Shown here: positions 1 through 13,016 of the stretch, in pieces
Position numbering within the stretch: position 1 is the stretch's first letter
Layout of the letters: the number at the start of each line of letters is the position of its first letter
Source of the DNA: Octopus sinensis
Lineage: Eukaryota
Reading direction: 5' to 3'
NCBI RefSeq assembly: GCF_006345805.1
Contig: NC_043023.1
Coordinates: 18,786,001-18,850,000 of the forward strand
Length of the DNA: 64,000 bases
Position numbers and translations under genes: made by a program
The notes under the pieces: generated by a model
Seen by the model: the letters and a program-made list of their open reading frames with translations, nothing else
The model's database searches: none
Told to the model about the DNA's origin: nothing

Positions 1-291
1 ATATCACACAGTTTACCATATCCCAAAAAGACCATGGTCTTATTTTTTACAACAGTTCTACTTTATTGTGGAGCAATACGGATTGTTATTGCAGAGCTCC
101 CATGACTTCCGGAAACAATGATATCTGTTTTCAACAAAGTCTGTGGGACATGTGACGGTAATTGTAGCTGCTTCTCCAGGTCAACTTTCATCTCCCAGTC
201 CTGTGCTATGGACAGTAAACCATGTGAACTGTTCTTGAGTCTTTCTCCTTAATCACCATCTCTCCTTAGCAAAGTGATTAATCCATGGAAA
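1..291 (-). mobile_element. Non-LTR retrotransposon relic (RLE-endonuclease-region-like); near-identical inverted copy at 7268-7557
   Basis: Reverse complement matches 7268-7557 with a few substitutions and indels. The plus-strand copy translates to AQDWEMKVDLEKQLQLPSHVPQTLLKTDIIVSE, resembling the W-x-x-x-VDL..QL..P..T..(R)PDI segment of RLE-type retroelements. Confidence 0.55.
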
Positions 292-408
292 CTATATATA
301 TATATTAATTATTATTTGAGGGAATATAAATCCAAACTTACAGGGAAAAAAATTCAATTTAGAAAAACCTAAATCAGATTTCACACAATATAATATATAT
401 ATATATAC

Positions 409-724
409 AAAATTAGAAAAAAAACACATTTTATCAATTTAAAATGAACAATTAAATTACACCATCTAGAAAATTACATATAATAGAACTATTAAAATAA
501 CAATAAAATATCAATGATTAAGTAAATTGCAAAAAAAAAATAATAAAAATAAAATAATAAATACTACCAATTATATACGTTATTATTATTTTTTTTGCAA
601 TTTATTTAATCATTGATATTTTATTGTTATTTTAATTTTAATATTTCTATTATATGTAATTTTCTAGATGGTGTAATTTAATTGTTCATTTTGAATTGAT
701 AAAAGGTGTTTTTTTTCTAATTTT
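409..724. repeat. AT-rich foldback element with ~85-bp inverted arms, flanked by (TA)n
   Basis: aaaattagaaaaaaaacac...ctagaaaattacatataatagaa (409-490) is the reverse complement of ~644-724; a related single arm lies at ~62140-62215. Confidence 0.75.
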
Positions 725-744
725 ATATATATATATATATATAT

Positions 745-774
<30 letters not shown>

Positions 775-781
<7 letters not shown>

Positions 782-1075
782 GTTATGTATATACTATTAG
801 CATTACCTGTCATATGACAGATAACTTTGGAAGTAGACTTATGCAAAATGGATAATATCAGGAAATATGGCACTCTGGGAATTTTTTTAAATTTGATATT
901 TATGAAATACATTTCTTGGTGCTTATGCAAAATGATGAAAGGTGTCATTATTTTCAAAAGAAAGATATTTACTTAAAATAAAACTAAATAAAAACTGATT
1001 TGTCATATGTATTTTTGCAATAAATGTTATGATTTTCTATATTTTATCAGGAGAATTTCATAAAATTCTATTTAT
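775..1075. repeat. Dispersed AT-rich repeat; inverted copy at ~5830-6045
   Basis: 905-1075 reverse-complements to 5830-5998 at roughly 90% identity; the shared end motif is gagttatgtatatacta. Confidence 0.7.
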
Positions 1076-1476
1076 ATTATAGACTAGCGAAGACTGGTTC
1101 CCTTGGTCTGTTTGGATGATGTGGATGTGATCGTTAAGTATAAGCTATAACAGCATTTGTCAACCTTTTCATTTCGTGTCCCCTGTTTCGATTGGAGCCT
1201 CCAGCTGTATGAACATTTCCTGACCCCACCCCGTCAGAGAACAGATTCTAAGCAACTGGTTGTTTTAATGGCAGAAGAAAGAGGGAAATTCCATTAGAAA
1301 AAGTTTTAATTGATTTTCTCGGTAAGTATGGGGGTTAGGAAAAAAATACAAACTGCATTTCAATCTGTGCACCTGTCACCACAGGTGTGCCATTTTTCAC
1401 GCTAATCCATCCAGCCATTTGGCTGTGAACCTCAAGACAAGACAGAATATAACGATCGCCCAAGTCCAATTTATAT

Positions 1477-1892
1477 TCATCATCATCATTTAACGTCCGT
1501 TTCCCATGCTAGCATGGGTTGGACAGTTCGACCGGGGATCTGGGAAGCCAGAAGGCGGCACTAGGCCCAGTCTAATCTGGCAGTGCTTCTACAGCTGGAT
1601 GCCCTTCTTAACGCCAACCACTCCGTGAGTGTAGTGGATGCTTCTTATGTGCCAGGCGACGCTGGCAATGGCCACGATTGGATGGTGCTTTTTACGTGCC
1701 ACTGGCACAGAGGCCAGGTGAGGCTGGCAACGGCTACAATCGGATGGTGCTTTTTACGTGCCAGTCGGGGCGGCACTGGCAACGGCCACATTCGGATGGT
1801 TCTCTTACGTGGCACCGGCACTGGTATCACAGCTACAATTTCCATTGATGTTGATCGATTTCGATTTTGATTTTGATTTTGATTTTATTTTC
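1477..1892 (-). mobile_element. 5'-truncated RTE-type LINE 3' UTR with (GAT)n tail
   Basis: Same sequence family as 14488-15064, which carries the RTE ORF C-terminus; tail catcatcatcatttaacgtccg; internal ~40-bp ggtgctttttacgtgcca repeats. Confidence 0.7.
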
Positions 1893-2168
1893 AACACATC
1901 ACACCTACATATCAGTTTGGGATTTACCTACACAAGTCTGCACTCAACCAACTTTGTTTCCTCATAATTTTCAAAAAAATAGAGATGCCTTTTATTGCAA
2001 AATTCTTCAAATACATTTCGAATGGTATAGATTACAATTACGTCAGGATCTGTGGCAAGTCGACTTTCTTTACGCATAAATTTCAGGAAAACGGGTAATT
2101 CGTTCATTCTTTTATGCTTTTCAGTCATTTGACAGCGGACATACTGGATATACTTGTTGCTTATTTTG

Positions 2169-2204
<36 letters not shown>

Positions 2205-2648
2205 CAGCCATTGCTTTTAAGAATGCAACATTAATCAACGTTGTCCTGTTGTTTATCGGGCACCTAAAAACGGTAAGTTGACAAAGAATTACTTTCAGAT
2301 TGTATTAAGAATAATTAGGCAAACCCTTCAAAGTTGCAGTAATTATGTACAACTGATAATTCAGAACAGCATTGGGAAAAATATATTTCTTCAAAACTAG
2401 GCATGCCTACAAAAGTGTGACTGCCCCATCCATAAAATTGTTTCCTGATTAACTTCTGAAAATAAAATTATATTTTTTCATGAAATTTTCTCCAGATACC
2501 TTTCAGATTGTGTAGATGCGATTATATTAGAATTTAAGGAAAAATTTGGTGGGCGCTCACAGATTCATATTGACAGACATCACATTATTTATTCGAAATT
2601 TCAAGTTTCATATTGTAGATATATATATACTATATATATATATAGAAT

Positions 2649-3064
2649 AAGGCGGCGAGCTGGCAGAAATGTTAGCACGCCAGATGAAATGCGTAGCCGT
2701 ATTTCGTCTGCCGTTACGTTCTGAGTTCAAATTCTGCAGAGGTCGACTTTGCCTTTCATCCTTTTGGGGTCGATAAATTAAGTACCAGTTATGCACTGGA
2801 GTTGATGTAATCAACTTAATCCGTTTGTCTGTCCTTGTTTGTCCCCTCTGTGTTTAGCCCCTTATGGGCAATAAAGAAATAGGTATTTCGTCTGTTGTTA
2901 CGTTCTGAGTTCAAATTCTGCCGAGGTCGACTTTGCCTTTCATCATTTTGGGGTCAATAAATTAAGTACCAGTTATGCACTGAGGTCGATGTAATTAACT
3001 TAATCCGTTTGTCTGTCCTTGTTTGTCCCCTCTGTGTTTAGCCCCTTGTGGGTAGTAAAGAAAT
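2649..3064 (+). mobile_element. tRNA-derived SINE (family with cctttcatcctttcggggtcgataaattaagtaccag core) with tandem duplicated 3' module
   Basis: Head ggcggcgagctggcagaa, B-box-like gagttcaaattc, 3' module present twice (~2700-2882, ~2883-3064). Other copies at 22813-23028, 34232-34425, 35114-35464 and 44915-45355. Confidence 0.8.
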
Positions 3065-3065
3065 A

Positions 3066-3680
<615 letters not shown>

Positions 3681-3850
3681 ATAGAGAACAGCAATGACAT
3701 TGATGATGTCAAAAGACAGGTCATGGTAAATTGTATGCAGCAAATGTACAGCTAAATGTTTGTTGGTCAGATCAATGTTTCAGTGTTGTTTTAACCAGTA
3801 ATTCTATGAGTAATGATACTTTCCTGTGTAGTCATCAAGAAATGTTATCA

Positions 3851-4234
3851 ACGAACCACATGGTTCCGGGTTCAGTCCCACTGTGTGGCATCTTGGTCAA
3901 GTATCTTACACTATAGCCTCGGGCCGACCAAAGCCTTGTGAGTGGATTTGGTAGATGGAAACTGAAAGAAGCCCGTCGTATATATGTATATATATCTATA
4001 TATATGTATGTGTGTGTATATGCTTATGTGTCTGTGTTTGTCCCCCCAACATCACTTGACAACCGATGCTGGTTTGTTTACGGCCCCGTAACTTAGCGGT
4101 TCAGCAAAAGAGACCGATAGAATAAGTACTAGGCTTACAAAGAATAAGTCCTGGGGTCGATTTGCTCGACTAAAGGCGGTGCTCCTGCATGGCCACAGTC
4201 AAATAACTGAAACAAGTAAAAGAGTAAAAAGAGT
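3851..4234 (+). mobile_element. CORE-type tRNA-derived SINE (octopus OR2-like), 5' truncated
   Basis: ggttccgggttcagtccc B box, cttgggcaagtgtcttct CORE-like block, internal (TA)n, tail cagcatggccgcagtcaaatgactgaaacaagtaaaagag. About 13 copies in the window. Confidence 0.8.
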
Positions 4235-6071
4235 ATAGAATGTGCAACCAGCATAAACCCTCACATGTAAAATTGAGTTATTTATAAATATTCCCTCCTC
4301 CAAATACCGCCATCATATATTTGTTCCTTCTACCCACCCCATTCAAACCTTTTTAATAAAATGAGATGTAATATGTATTGTGATGTATCAAATGATTATT
4401 TTATTTGAACATTGTTTTCCCTTGTTTTACTAAATCTCTTGCTGAATACATAACAATATTTGAATGAAACACAGTATTACTTATTTCAGGTATAAAACAA
4501 CAGATATGCATCAATGACTTGTAGGGACACTGTATTTCTTTATGCAATTACAAAGTATATTAAATTCAATTCTGTGTTATCAGTGCTATTAAATGACTTG
4601 TTGAGCTTATCTCTATAGATTTTCTATACATTAGGTATACCTGGGCTACAAAACTCCCTAACAAAATTAGTGCTGGCTGTAATTTCTACCGGAAATCTCA
4701 AGAGATAATCTAAACAGATACACAATGTCGTATTCAGCTGTGGTTTTTCTTCAAAAGTCAGTTTTGTTCCTCTGTTGCTCGGCATTGCTATATGTTTTCA
4801 TGTTTGTGTATGTATTCATGTGTGTATTTGTTGTGGTAAATGTTCACATATATGTGTGTGTGTGTGAGGCTATTTGTGTCACTGTGTTTGTGTGCAAGAA
4901 TGCCAAACCATACTAACCAATGACTTCTCATTTCATTTATTTCTTTCAGTTTTACTAACAGATATTTAATTTTTTTATGCTAATTGCATGAAGTCCTGAT
5001 GGAATATTTCCTTGTTTCAAAAGGTTTTGATTCTAGATGTTACAAAACTGTTACAATCAGTTGCCAACCCCAGTTAACCCAGACATCAATAGTCTTCCCA
5101 GAAGTGAAATTCTGGCAATAATAGCAAGACCGAAGAGATTGTTCCTGTCATATGAAAGATGAACAAACTAGTTTGGGTCTGAAAAATTTAATAATTTATT
5201 GCATCATAAAAGAAACATTTCAAAAACGATAAACTTCAACAGCCATAAACATTTCTCCCGTGGATAATAATATCCTGTCATTTGATTAATTCCTTGCTGC
5301 TTTCTTACCTGGACTTCTGATTAGCTAGTTTGCCTGATTTACTACATAAACTCATCTGATTTGGCAGCATTTTAAGGCTTTACTGAACCACTGTAAGGAC
5401 ATTATATAATCATTCATTGCTCCAATAAGAAATGGCACCCACTCATTTTACCCACATTGTACCTTGCAGATAAACTCTAACACCTCATCAACTCTTTTAT
5501 ATTTCTCCAACTCAATCCGATCACGCCCATCCCCTCTTATAAATGTGAATAGCCATGCTGCCTCTCTGACAAGAAAGCTACTGTGTTCTGGCCACTTTTC
5601 TCATACTTAAGCCCCTCATCTTCAATTCATGCTTTACATCATAGAGAGATCAAAGTAAAAATACAGAGAGAGTTACAGGAGAGGTGGGGCGAGGAGAGGG
5701 AGTAAATTACACTGAGGTTATACAAATGAGAAGTTTGTTATATTAAAAAAAAATTAAGTTCAAATCGTATTGGGAAAGATCGAAAGTTCACAAAAGATTA
5801 GGAAGGTTGGTGTCTTGTAACTTTCTGAAAAATAGAATTTTATGAAATTCTCTTGATTAAATATAGAAAATCAAAACATTTATTGCAAAAATACTTACGA
5901 CAAACAAGTTTTTATTTAGTTTTATTTTATGTAAATATCTTTCTTTTGAAAATAAGGACACCATTCATCATTTTGCATAAGCACCAAGAAATTTATTTGA
6001 TAAATGTAAAACTGTAAATTACTGTAGTATATACATAACTCTTTCTCTCCTTGTATATATATATATATATA

Positions 6072-6126
6072 TGCTGATGAGTACGGTCGCAACTGCGGTA
6101 AGTACGAAATCACAGGTGATACAAGA
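6072..6126 (+). ncRNA. Type I hammerhead ribozyme motif
   Basis: CTGATGA (6074-80), stem II GTAC/GTAC (6081-84/6102-05), GAAA (6106-09), stem III TCAC/GTGA, cleavage triplet ATA. Stem I is only 2 bp (TG/CA) next to a (TA)n tract. Confidence 0.6.
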
Positions 6127-6944
6127 CTAAATTCATTTTTTAAATGTCTTGCTTCGAAAAATTGCATTGGGTATGATTAGTAAAATTTTTTGGTAGAAAC
6201 GACTAATGTCCCTCTTAGCGTGTGGCATGTATGTGTAATAATGCCCTCTATATATAAATTAATATGTTCAATAAGAAAGAATTATTTTCGAAATTTTTCT
6301 CTTATGAGGTTTTTCACGCTATCTACCTGATAATTTCTTGTTAAGATTCCTTATTAAGAAGTTATCCTTAATTGTTAAATAATTATATATATATATATGT
6401 ATATATATATATAACTTATAAAATAAGGGCAAAAGAAAAGTTCTAATGCCAAATATGCATTTATATATATATATATAAGTGGCGGAACGTGGTTTAGTGG
6501 TTAGGGTGTCAGCACCGTGATCGTAAGATTGTGTTCAATTCCTGGACCAGGTGACACGTTGGGGTACTTAGGTCTGCTCAGGACTTAGTGCTTGCTTTTT
6601 CCATGGGTATGAGTAAGTATTTCATTTATGTCTTACGTATTTATCGTTGAGGAGGGGAAAATTCTTATGAACTAACCCCGAAAGTGGGACCAATACGGTA
6701 ATAACGAATTTTTAGAAATTTCTATCGGTTTGTTTCGAGACGCATAAATTATAATGGTTATTGACAATTTTGTCTTTTTTCGGCATATTTGGCATTAGAA
6801 TTTTTCTTTTGCCCTTATTTTATAAGTTATTTATAAATTTAACCTTTAAAGGTATTTTTTGATATGCTGGCCATTGATAAAATTTTTTTGAAAAATATTT
6901 TTTCCTACTACATTTGTTATATATATATATATATATATATATAA

Positions 6945-7198
6945 GTGGAGGCACGTGGCTTAGTGGTTAGTGTGTCAGCACCGTGATCATAAGATTGTGT
7001 TCGATTCCTGGACCAGGCGAGGCATTGTGTTCTTGAGCAAAACACTTCATTCCACATTGCTCCAGTCCACTCAGCTGGCAAAAATGAGTAACACTGCGAT
7101 GGACTGGCATCCCGTCCAGCTGGGGAACACATACGCCATAGAAACCGGAAAATCGGGCCCATGAGCCTGGGAAGGCTTTAAAAGGGCGCATTTATTAT
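6945..7198 (+). mobile_element. tRNA-derived SINE with V-domain-like block
   Basis: A box tggcttagtgg, B box gttcgattcc, central gcgatggactggcatcccgtccag. A head-only fragment lies at 6479-6560. Confidence 0.7.
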
Positions 7199-7267
7199 TC
7201 ATTATATATATATATATATATATATATGTATAAATGTATATATGTATATATGTATATAAATATATAA

Positions 7268-7557
7268 TTTTCATGGATTAATCACTTTGCTAAGGAGAGA
7301 TGGTGATTAAGGAGAAAGACTCAAGAACAGTTCACATGGTTTACTGTCCATAGCACAGGACTGGGAGATGAAAGTTGACCTGGAGAAGCAGCTACAATTA
7401 CCGTCACATGTCCCACAGACTTTGTTGAAAACAGATATCATTGTTTCCGAAAGTCATGGGAGCTGTGCAATAACAATCCGTATTGCTCCACAATAAAGTA
7501 GAACTGTTGTAAAAAATAGACCATGGTCTTTTTTGGATATGGTAAACTGTGTGATAT
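7268..7557 (+). mobile_element. Retrotransposon relic, inverted twin of 1-291
   Basis: Direct reverse-complement match to the window start. Confidence 0.55.
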
Positions 7558-7927
7558 AATTAGTAATTAAAGCATAATTAATAGGTTACAAGTATGTTAA
7601 AGAATAATTATAATGGGTCATGGATGGTCAGGCAAAATGGTTAATACACCAAGGTTCCAATAACTTCTTGGAAACAGGCCTAGGATTGAACAAACTAAGC
7701 CTGTATGAGAGTGTATACTATACGAGCTGAAACCACCAGTGATCCCAGGATACAACATTGATGATGGGCCTAATAAATGCATCTGTAGGTGCATCTAGAC
7801 CTGATACAATTTTCCCAATTTAATCACTTAGACTATGAAGTAGATTTTATATATATTTATATCGAAACTGTACTTTATAGCAAGATGTAAACCAATGTAG
7901 AAGCATTGAAAGCAATTGGATATTAAA

Positions 7928-8364
7928 TTATTGTTCTTTTGATCCTGTGAAAGCGGAAATAGCCTGATATTCTTCGCTTTCATTCTTGTGAGTCTTCATG
8001 TTTACAATTTCGAATTTATTCCTGCTAAGAACATTCATATAATGTTCCACATCAATATTGCCATATCTCATTAGACCTAATTTATTTGCAGATTTTATCT
8101 TTTCATAATTAATTGTCGTTATCATTAATGAGTTTGGCTTTAAACAACGATACAGCTCTTGAACACATTTGTCAAAATCAGGCCAAAAATAAAAACAATT
8201 GCAGTGAAAGATCCGATCAAGGGAATTTGTTTCAAATGGCATTTCCATAACAGTTCCAAGATGCAGTTCCACTTGTTTATTGTTGATGCCTTCACTCAGT
8301 CGTTTAGCTGCTATTTCCAGCATATAAGGCGATAAGTCGAGGCCAAGTAATTTCCCTTTGCCAC
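7928..8364 (-). CDS. Class I SAM-dependent methyltransferase (YdaC-like), coding exon 3 (terminal)
   Basis: Acceptor tcttctttcaatttag|GT at 8364, phase 1. Encodes GKGKLLGLDLSPYML...MPFETNSLDRIFHCNCFYFWPD...LYRCLKPNS; stop at 7928-7930. Confidence 0.9.
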
Positions 8365-9153
8365 CTAAATTGAAAGAAGAAAATATATGAGCACATACGT
8401 TATGGCTGTTTGGTAAGAAGCTTGCTTCCGAACCATATGGTTCTGGGTTCAGTCTAGGAGAGCTTTGGGCTGACCAAAGATTTGTGTTGTGCAACTGGCA
8501 CCCATGTTAGTGGCACACAAAAGCACCCATTACACCCTCATTTTGGTTAGGGTTAGGAAGGGCATCCAGCTATAGAAACCATACCAAATCAGACTGGAGT
8601 CTTGTGCAGCCCCTCAACCTGCCAGCCTAGTTCAATGATGATGATGATGATATACAAACACAGGTAAGCATATTGATGCAAAACAAGGTGGAAAAAAACA
8701 GTAATTGAACACTGGAGGCAGAGTAAAGTGCTTTTGGTGAAAGCAGCAAAAACATCACAAAACGGTTAGTCAGAGCTTCACGCTTCCGTTTGTCGGACAC
8801 TTGTGATCTAATCTTGACCCAACTCTCTGAAGAATGGAAACGTGAAACTCTGAGTAACAGCTTTGTGAGGCTTTTGCAGCTTTAATAAAAATGTGTGTGT
8901 GTGTGGTGTGTGTGTGTGTATGTGTACACATAAGTATTTACATATATATATAGTAGATGTCAAAACTGTGATGGTAGTGATAGTGGTGTATGATGATGGT
9001 GGACAAGCTTCTTCCAGTTTCCATCTACAAAATCCACTCTCAGGGTTATAGCAGAAGACACATGTATATAAGTGCCAAACACTGGGACTGAACCTGAAAC
9101 CATGTGGTTGGGAAGCAAACTTTCCAACTATTCAACCTTATTAAACACCTTAA

Positions 9154-9375
9154 CCCTTTTATTACCGTATTTATTTTGAGATGTTCTGTGTTTCTTTCAG
9201 TTACTTTAAATATAACAAAGAATTTAGTAAAATAACTTAGTTACCATTAAGCTAGTGTTAGGAACATAAATTGTGACTAAGGTTTGGTGGAAGATTTTAA
9301 TTCAAAACATATGAAATCAAGACATTTTGTACTACAGAGCCAGAGCCAGTTTCAGCCAGGTTGGTAATGAAAGGG
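9154..9375. mobile_element. piggyBac-like MITE (TTAA|CCCTTT...AAAGGG|TTAA) in methyltransferase intron 2
   Basis: TTAA at 9150-53 and 9376-79 flanking CCCTTT/AAAGGG termini; same family as the three copies at 23783-24470. Confidence 0.75.
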
Positions 9376-9404
9376 TTAATACAACAGTTTTTGATCTGAA
9401 TTAC

Positions 9405-9540
9405 CTTTGATCTTCTGATAGGCTGCTTCTAGGCCCAAGCCAGGGCCAAAACCAACTTCAAGGACATTATAATCAGGTTTAATGTTACAATGTTCAACTG
9501 CAGCTTTCTCTAATCTTCTATTCCTCCTTATGAGAAAATA
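9405..9540 (-). CDS. Methyltransferase coding exon 2 (SAM-binding motif I)
   Basis: 136-nt exon, ttttcag|TAT...AAA G|gtaatt. Encodes YFLIRRNRRLEKAAVEHCNIKPDYNVLEVGFGPGLGLEAAYQKIK; the phase matches exon 3. Confidence 0.9.
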
Positions 9541-10292
9541 CTGAAAAATATTCAGAAATTAATAATGTCAGATTCTTACTTACTTGTACTTGCAAAGGTA
9601 CTCACCTGGAGTTGGTTGAGCTCGCCCCAACCAATGAGATCATCACATCTCTCTCCAACACTGACCACATCCAAGGAAATTTGACAAATGCCCCCACCGG
9701 GAGAGCAAGCATGTCAGATAACAAAGGCCTTGTAAAACATACTTGCCATTCGCAGTGGGAATACAAGTTTACATGTGGCCCCTTGGTTCCATGCATGCAC
9801 ACTTTGGGATAATGTGGTCCCTTGCAGATGATTCACTAGCCAAGTCACCGTCACTTATCAGAGCAGATGTCATCTGGGTTTGAAAGGAATTCTAGAGACA
9901 TGCTTGAAAAAGGGCTAAATGGTCCCTCACTCCCTGTGGTCTTGCAGCATGTCGAACGAATACCCAGAATTTCTGAGGGCCCATGTCATTCATACATAGT
10001 CACTGAACCTACACTAGGTTCATTTGTCTTTTTGGCAGGTCCTGTTTTCAGTCCATCAGTCCATTAAACAGATAATTTTATAGACCCTAAAAAGATGAAA
10101 GGCAAACATTGAGTGAAATTTTGGGGGAAAGGGGCTTCTCAATTACATCAACCCCCAGTGCTCTACTGGTATTTGTTTTATAAACCCCAAATGGATGAAA
10201 AGCTTGGTTGACCTTGGCAGAATTTGAACTCAGAATGTAAAGGGCCAGAAAAAATGCCACTGTTGTAACAATCTGTCAGCTCACTGTCTTCA

Positions 10293-10616
10293 ATAATAAT
10301 AATAATAATAATAATAATAATTATCATATTAATAAAAATAATAATAATGATAATAATTATAATAATAATAATGATAATAATAATAATAATGATGATAATA
10401 ATAATAATAATAGTAATAATTAAAATAATAATAATAATAATCATAATAATAATAATAATAATAATGGTAATAATAATAATAATAACAATAATATTGATAT
10501 AATAATAATAATAAAATAATAATGATATAATAATAATAATAATAATAATAACAATAATAAAAATGATAATAATAATAAGAAGAAGAATAATTATAATAAT
10601 AATAACAATAATAATG

Positions 10617-10651
<35 letters not shown>
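10293..10651. repeat. Long degenerate (AAT)n microsatellite at the 5' junction of the Dong-like element
   Basis: About 360 bp of aat units with scattered gat/aac/aaa variants. Confidence 0.95.
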
Positions 10652-10656
<5 letters not shown>

Positions 10657-12916
10657 CTATAGACCCATAACCTGCTTAACAACTATGTATAAAACACTAA
10701 CATCTGTCCTGATGGAATATACCTATAGTTTTTTGACAGACAGCAGCATACTCCCTAATGAACAGAAAGGATGTAAACGTGGATCCTACGGTTGTAAAGA
10801 TCAACTACTCATCAATAAGATGAGCTTAGAAGATTGTCAAAAACGATACAAAAACTTATCAATAGCCTGGATAGACTATAAAAAGGCTTTTGATAGCCTA
10901 CCACATAGCTGGATTAAGAAATGCCTAGAAATGTATAAGATAGCACCTACTCTGCGAAACTTTTTGTCTGTAAGTATAAGATCATGGAGAACCGCACTAA
11001 CTCTGAACAGTGACAATGAATCCCTAAATGCTGGTGATGTAAAAATTTCATGTGGCATTTTCCCGGGTGACTCACTTTCACCACTCCTCTTCTGTTTAGC
11101 CTTAATACCTCTCTCAAAACTGCTCAATGATGCGCAGTATGGATATAAAATGTTTGATAAAAATATAAATCATCTCATTTACATGGATGATTTAAAGCTC
11201 TTTGCAAAAAATGACCAACAACTCAAGGGCTTACTAGCGATTGTCAAATAATTCAGTGATGACATCAGAATGCAATTTGGCCTCGATAAATGTACAAAAG
11301 CTACCTTTATCAAAGAAAAAATGACAGAAACATCTAACGTTAACCTTGACCAGCAGAATGTCATAAAAGAATTAGACCCAGCGGAGAACTACAAGTATCT
11401 AGGGGTAATTGAAGGAGACGGAATAAGGCATTCAGAGATGAAGGAAAGGATCAGGAGAGAATGCTATCGCAGAGTAAGAGCAATACTCAAGACAGAGCTA
11501 AATGCAAGAAACAGGATCGAAGCGATCAATGCATTAGCCATACCAGTCGTGACTTACAGTTTCAATATCGTTAACTGGTCAATTACTGAAATATGTAATC
11601 TTGACAGAAAAATACGAAAACTGTTGACAATGCATAGAATGCACCACCCTAAGGCAGATATAGAACGACTTTATCTGCCAAGAAAAGAGGGAGGCCATGG
11701 ACTTTTACAACTGGCAATAACAATGAAGTTTGCTACAACTGGCCTAGACACCTACCTGAAAAACTCTGAGGACTGGATGTTAAAACTTATCTCAAAACAT
11801 GAAAACAAGAAAACATCATACTCAGTAACAAAACAGGCAAAGGAATATCTAAGTGAATTCTGAATACAACAAATTTCGGAACTAGAGATAGACATACAAG
11901 AAACAGGCACAGAAAAAGCTAAGCGCATGAAAACCCGTGCTAAAACTGCGGCCTTAGATATTCTGAATGATAAATGGCAAGAAAAACCTCTCTATGGCAA
12001 ATACCCAAAGAGCGAATAATGCAGATATTGACAAAGCCCTGACCCATCAATGGCTAATGGCCTCTGGCTTAAAATCTGAAACAGAGGGGTTTATCATAGC
12101 AGCTCAAGATCAATGCCTACCAACAAGAAACTACCAGGCCAACATATTAAAGATCAGAAGCAGTCCAACGTGTCATGTATGCCAGCAACAAAATGAAACC
12201 ATTGATCATGTGGTCTCCAAGTGCAGTCTTCTAGTGCCTACAGAGTATCTCAACAGGCATGATAGAGCTGCACAATATATTCACTGGGTAATTTGCAAAA
12301 ACATGGATTTGCCCCATGAAAAAACTGGTGGGAACACAATCCACCTCCAGTGCTTGAAAATGACCACATCTCACTCCTCTGGAACTTCACCATTCAAACT
12401 GACAGAAAGATAGATGCAAATAGGCCAGACATCATATTGAAAGACTTCAAACAAAGAACATGCCTCCTCATTGATATGACTGTCCCAATCGATATAAACG
12501 TATCTGTCAAGACCTACCAAAAACTGAGCAAATATAAAGATCTTGAAATAGAAATCAGCAAAATGTGGCAGCTGAAGACTAAAACAATACCTGTTGTCAT
12601 AGGTGCCCTGGGAATGATAGCAAAAGGGGCTGATAGCTACCTAACTCAGATACCAGGAAACCCCAAAATGGCAGAAATTCAAAAGATGGTGCTCATGGGA
12701 ACTGCTCATATCCTACGCAAAATACTTTCTATGTAATCTCAAGGTTTGAAAGAAACATTTTTTTTTTTAGACATCAACCAGTACAACACAAAAAACAACC
12801 AAATATATGGCACACTAGGCATAACAACAACATGAACTTCCAACATGTTGTCTCTTGAGGTCTCTGGGTGAGACTTGGAGCCAACTTGTACAAATATAAA
12901 GCAAAAGTCAAACATA
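10652..12916 (+). mobile_element. 5'-truncated, inactivated R4/Dong-clade non-LTR retrotransposon (RT + CCHC + RLE)
   Basis: NYRPITCL, IDYKKAFDSLPH, GIFPGDSLSP, YMDDLKLF, LKSETEGFIIAAQDQ, CHVC..ETIDHVVSKC, RHD, RPDI..IDMTVP..KYKDL, PVVIGALG. In-frame stops at 11251 and 11863 plus frameshifts; (TAA)n on both sides. Confidence 0.9.
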
Positions 12917-12947
12917 TAATAATAATAATAATAATAATGTTACAAAC

Positions 12948-13016
12948 CTTAGTGAATCTTCCAACAATGGTTTTTTGTGGTTGTCGCAAATTTTTGGTAA
13001 ATGTGTTTATAAGCAT
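12948..13016 (-). CDS. Methyltransferase coding exon 1
   Basis: ATG at 13016 with an in-frame stop four codons upstream; MLINTFTKNLRQPQKTIVGRFTK|gtttgt phase-0 donor. Exons sum to 642 nt (213 aa + stop). Confidence 0.8.

Noticed and set aside
9602-10067. Short ORFs and a donor-like site at 9606
   Set aside because: No recognisable protein motif; the methyltransferase model is complete without them.
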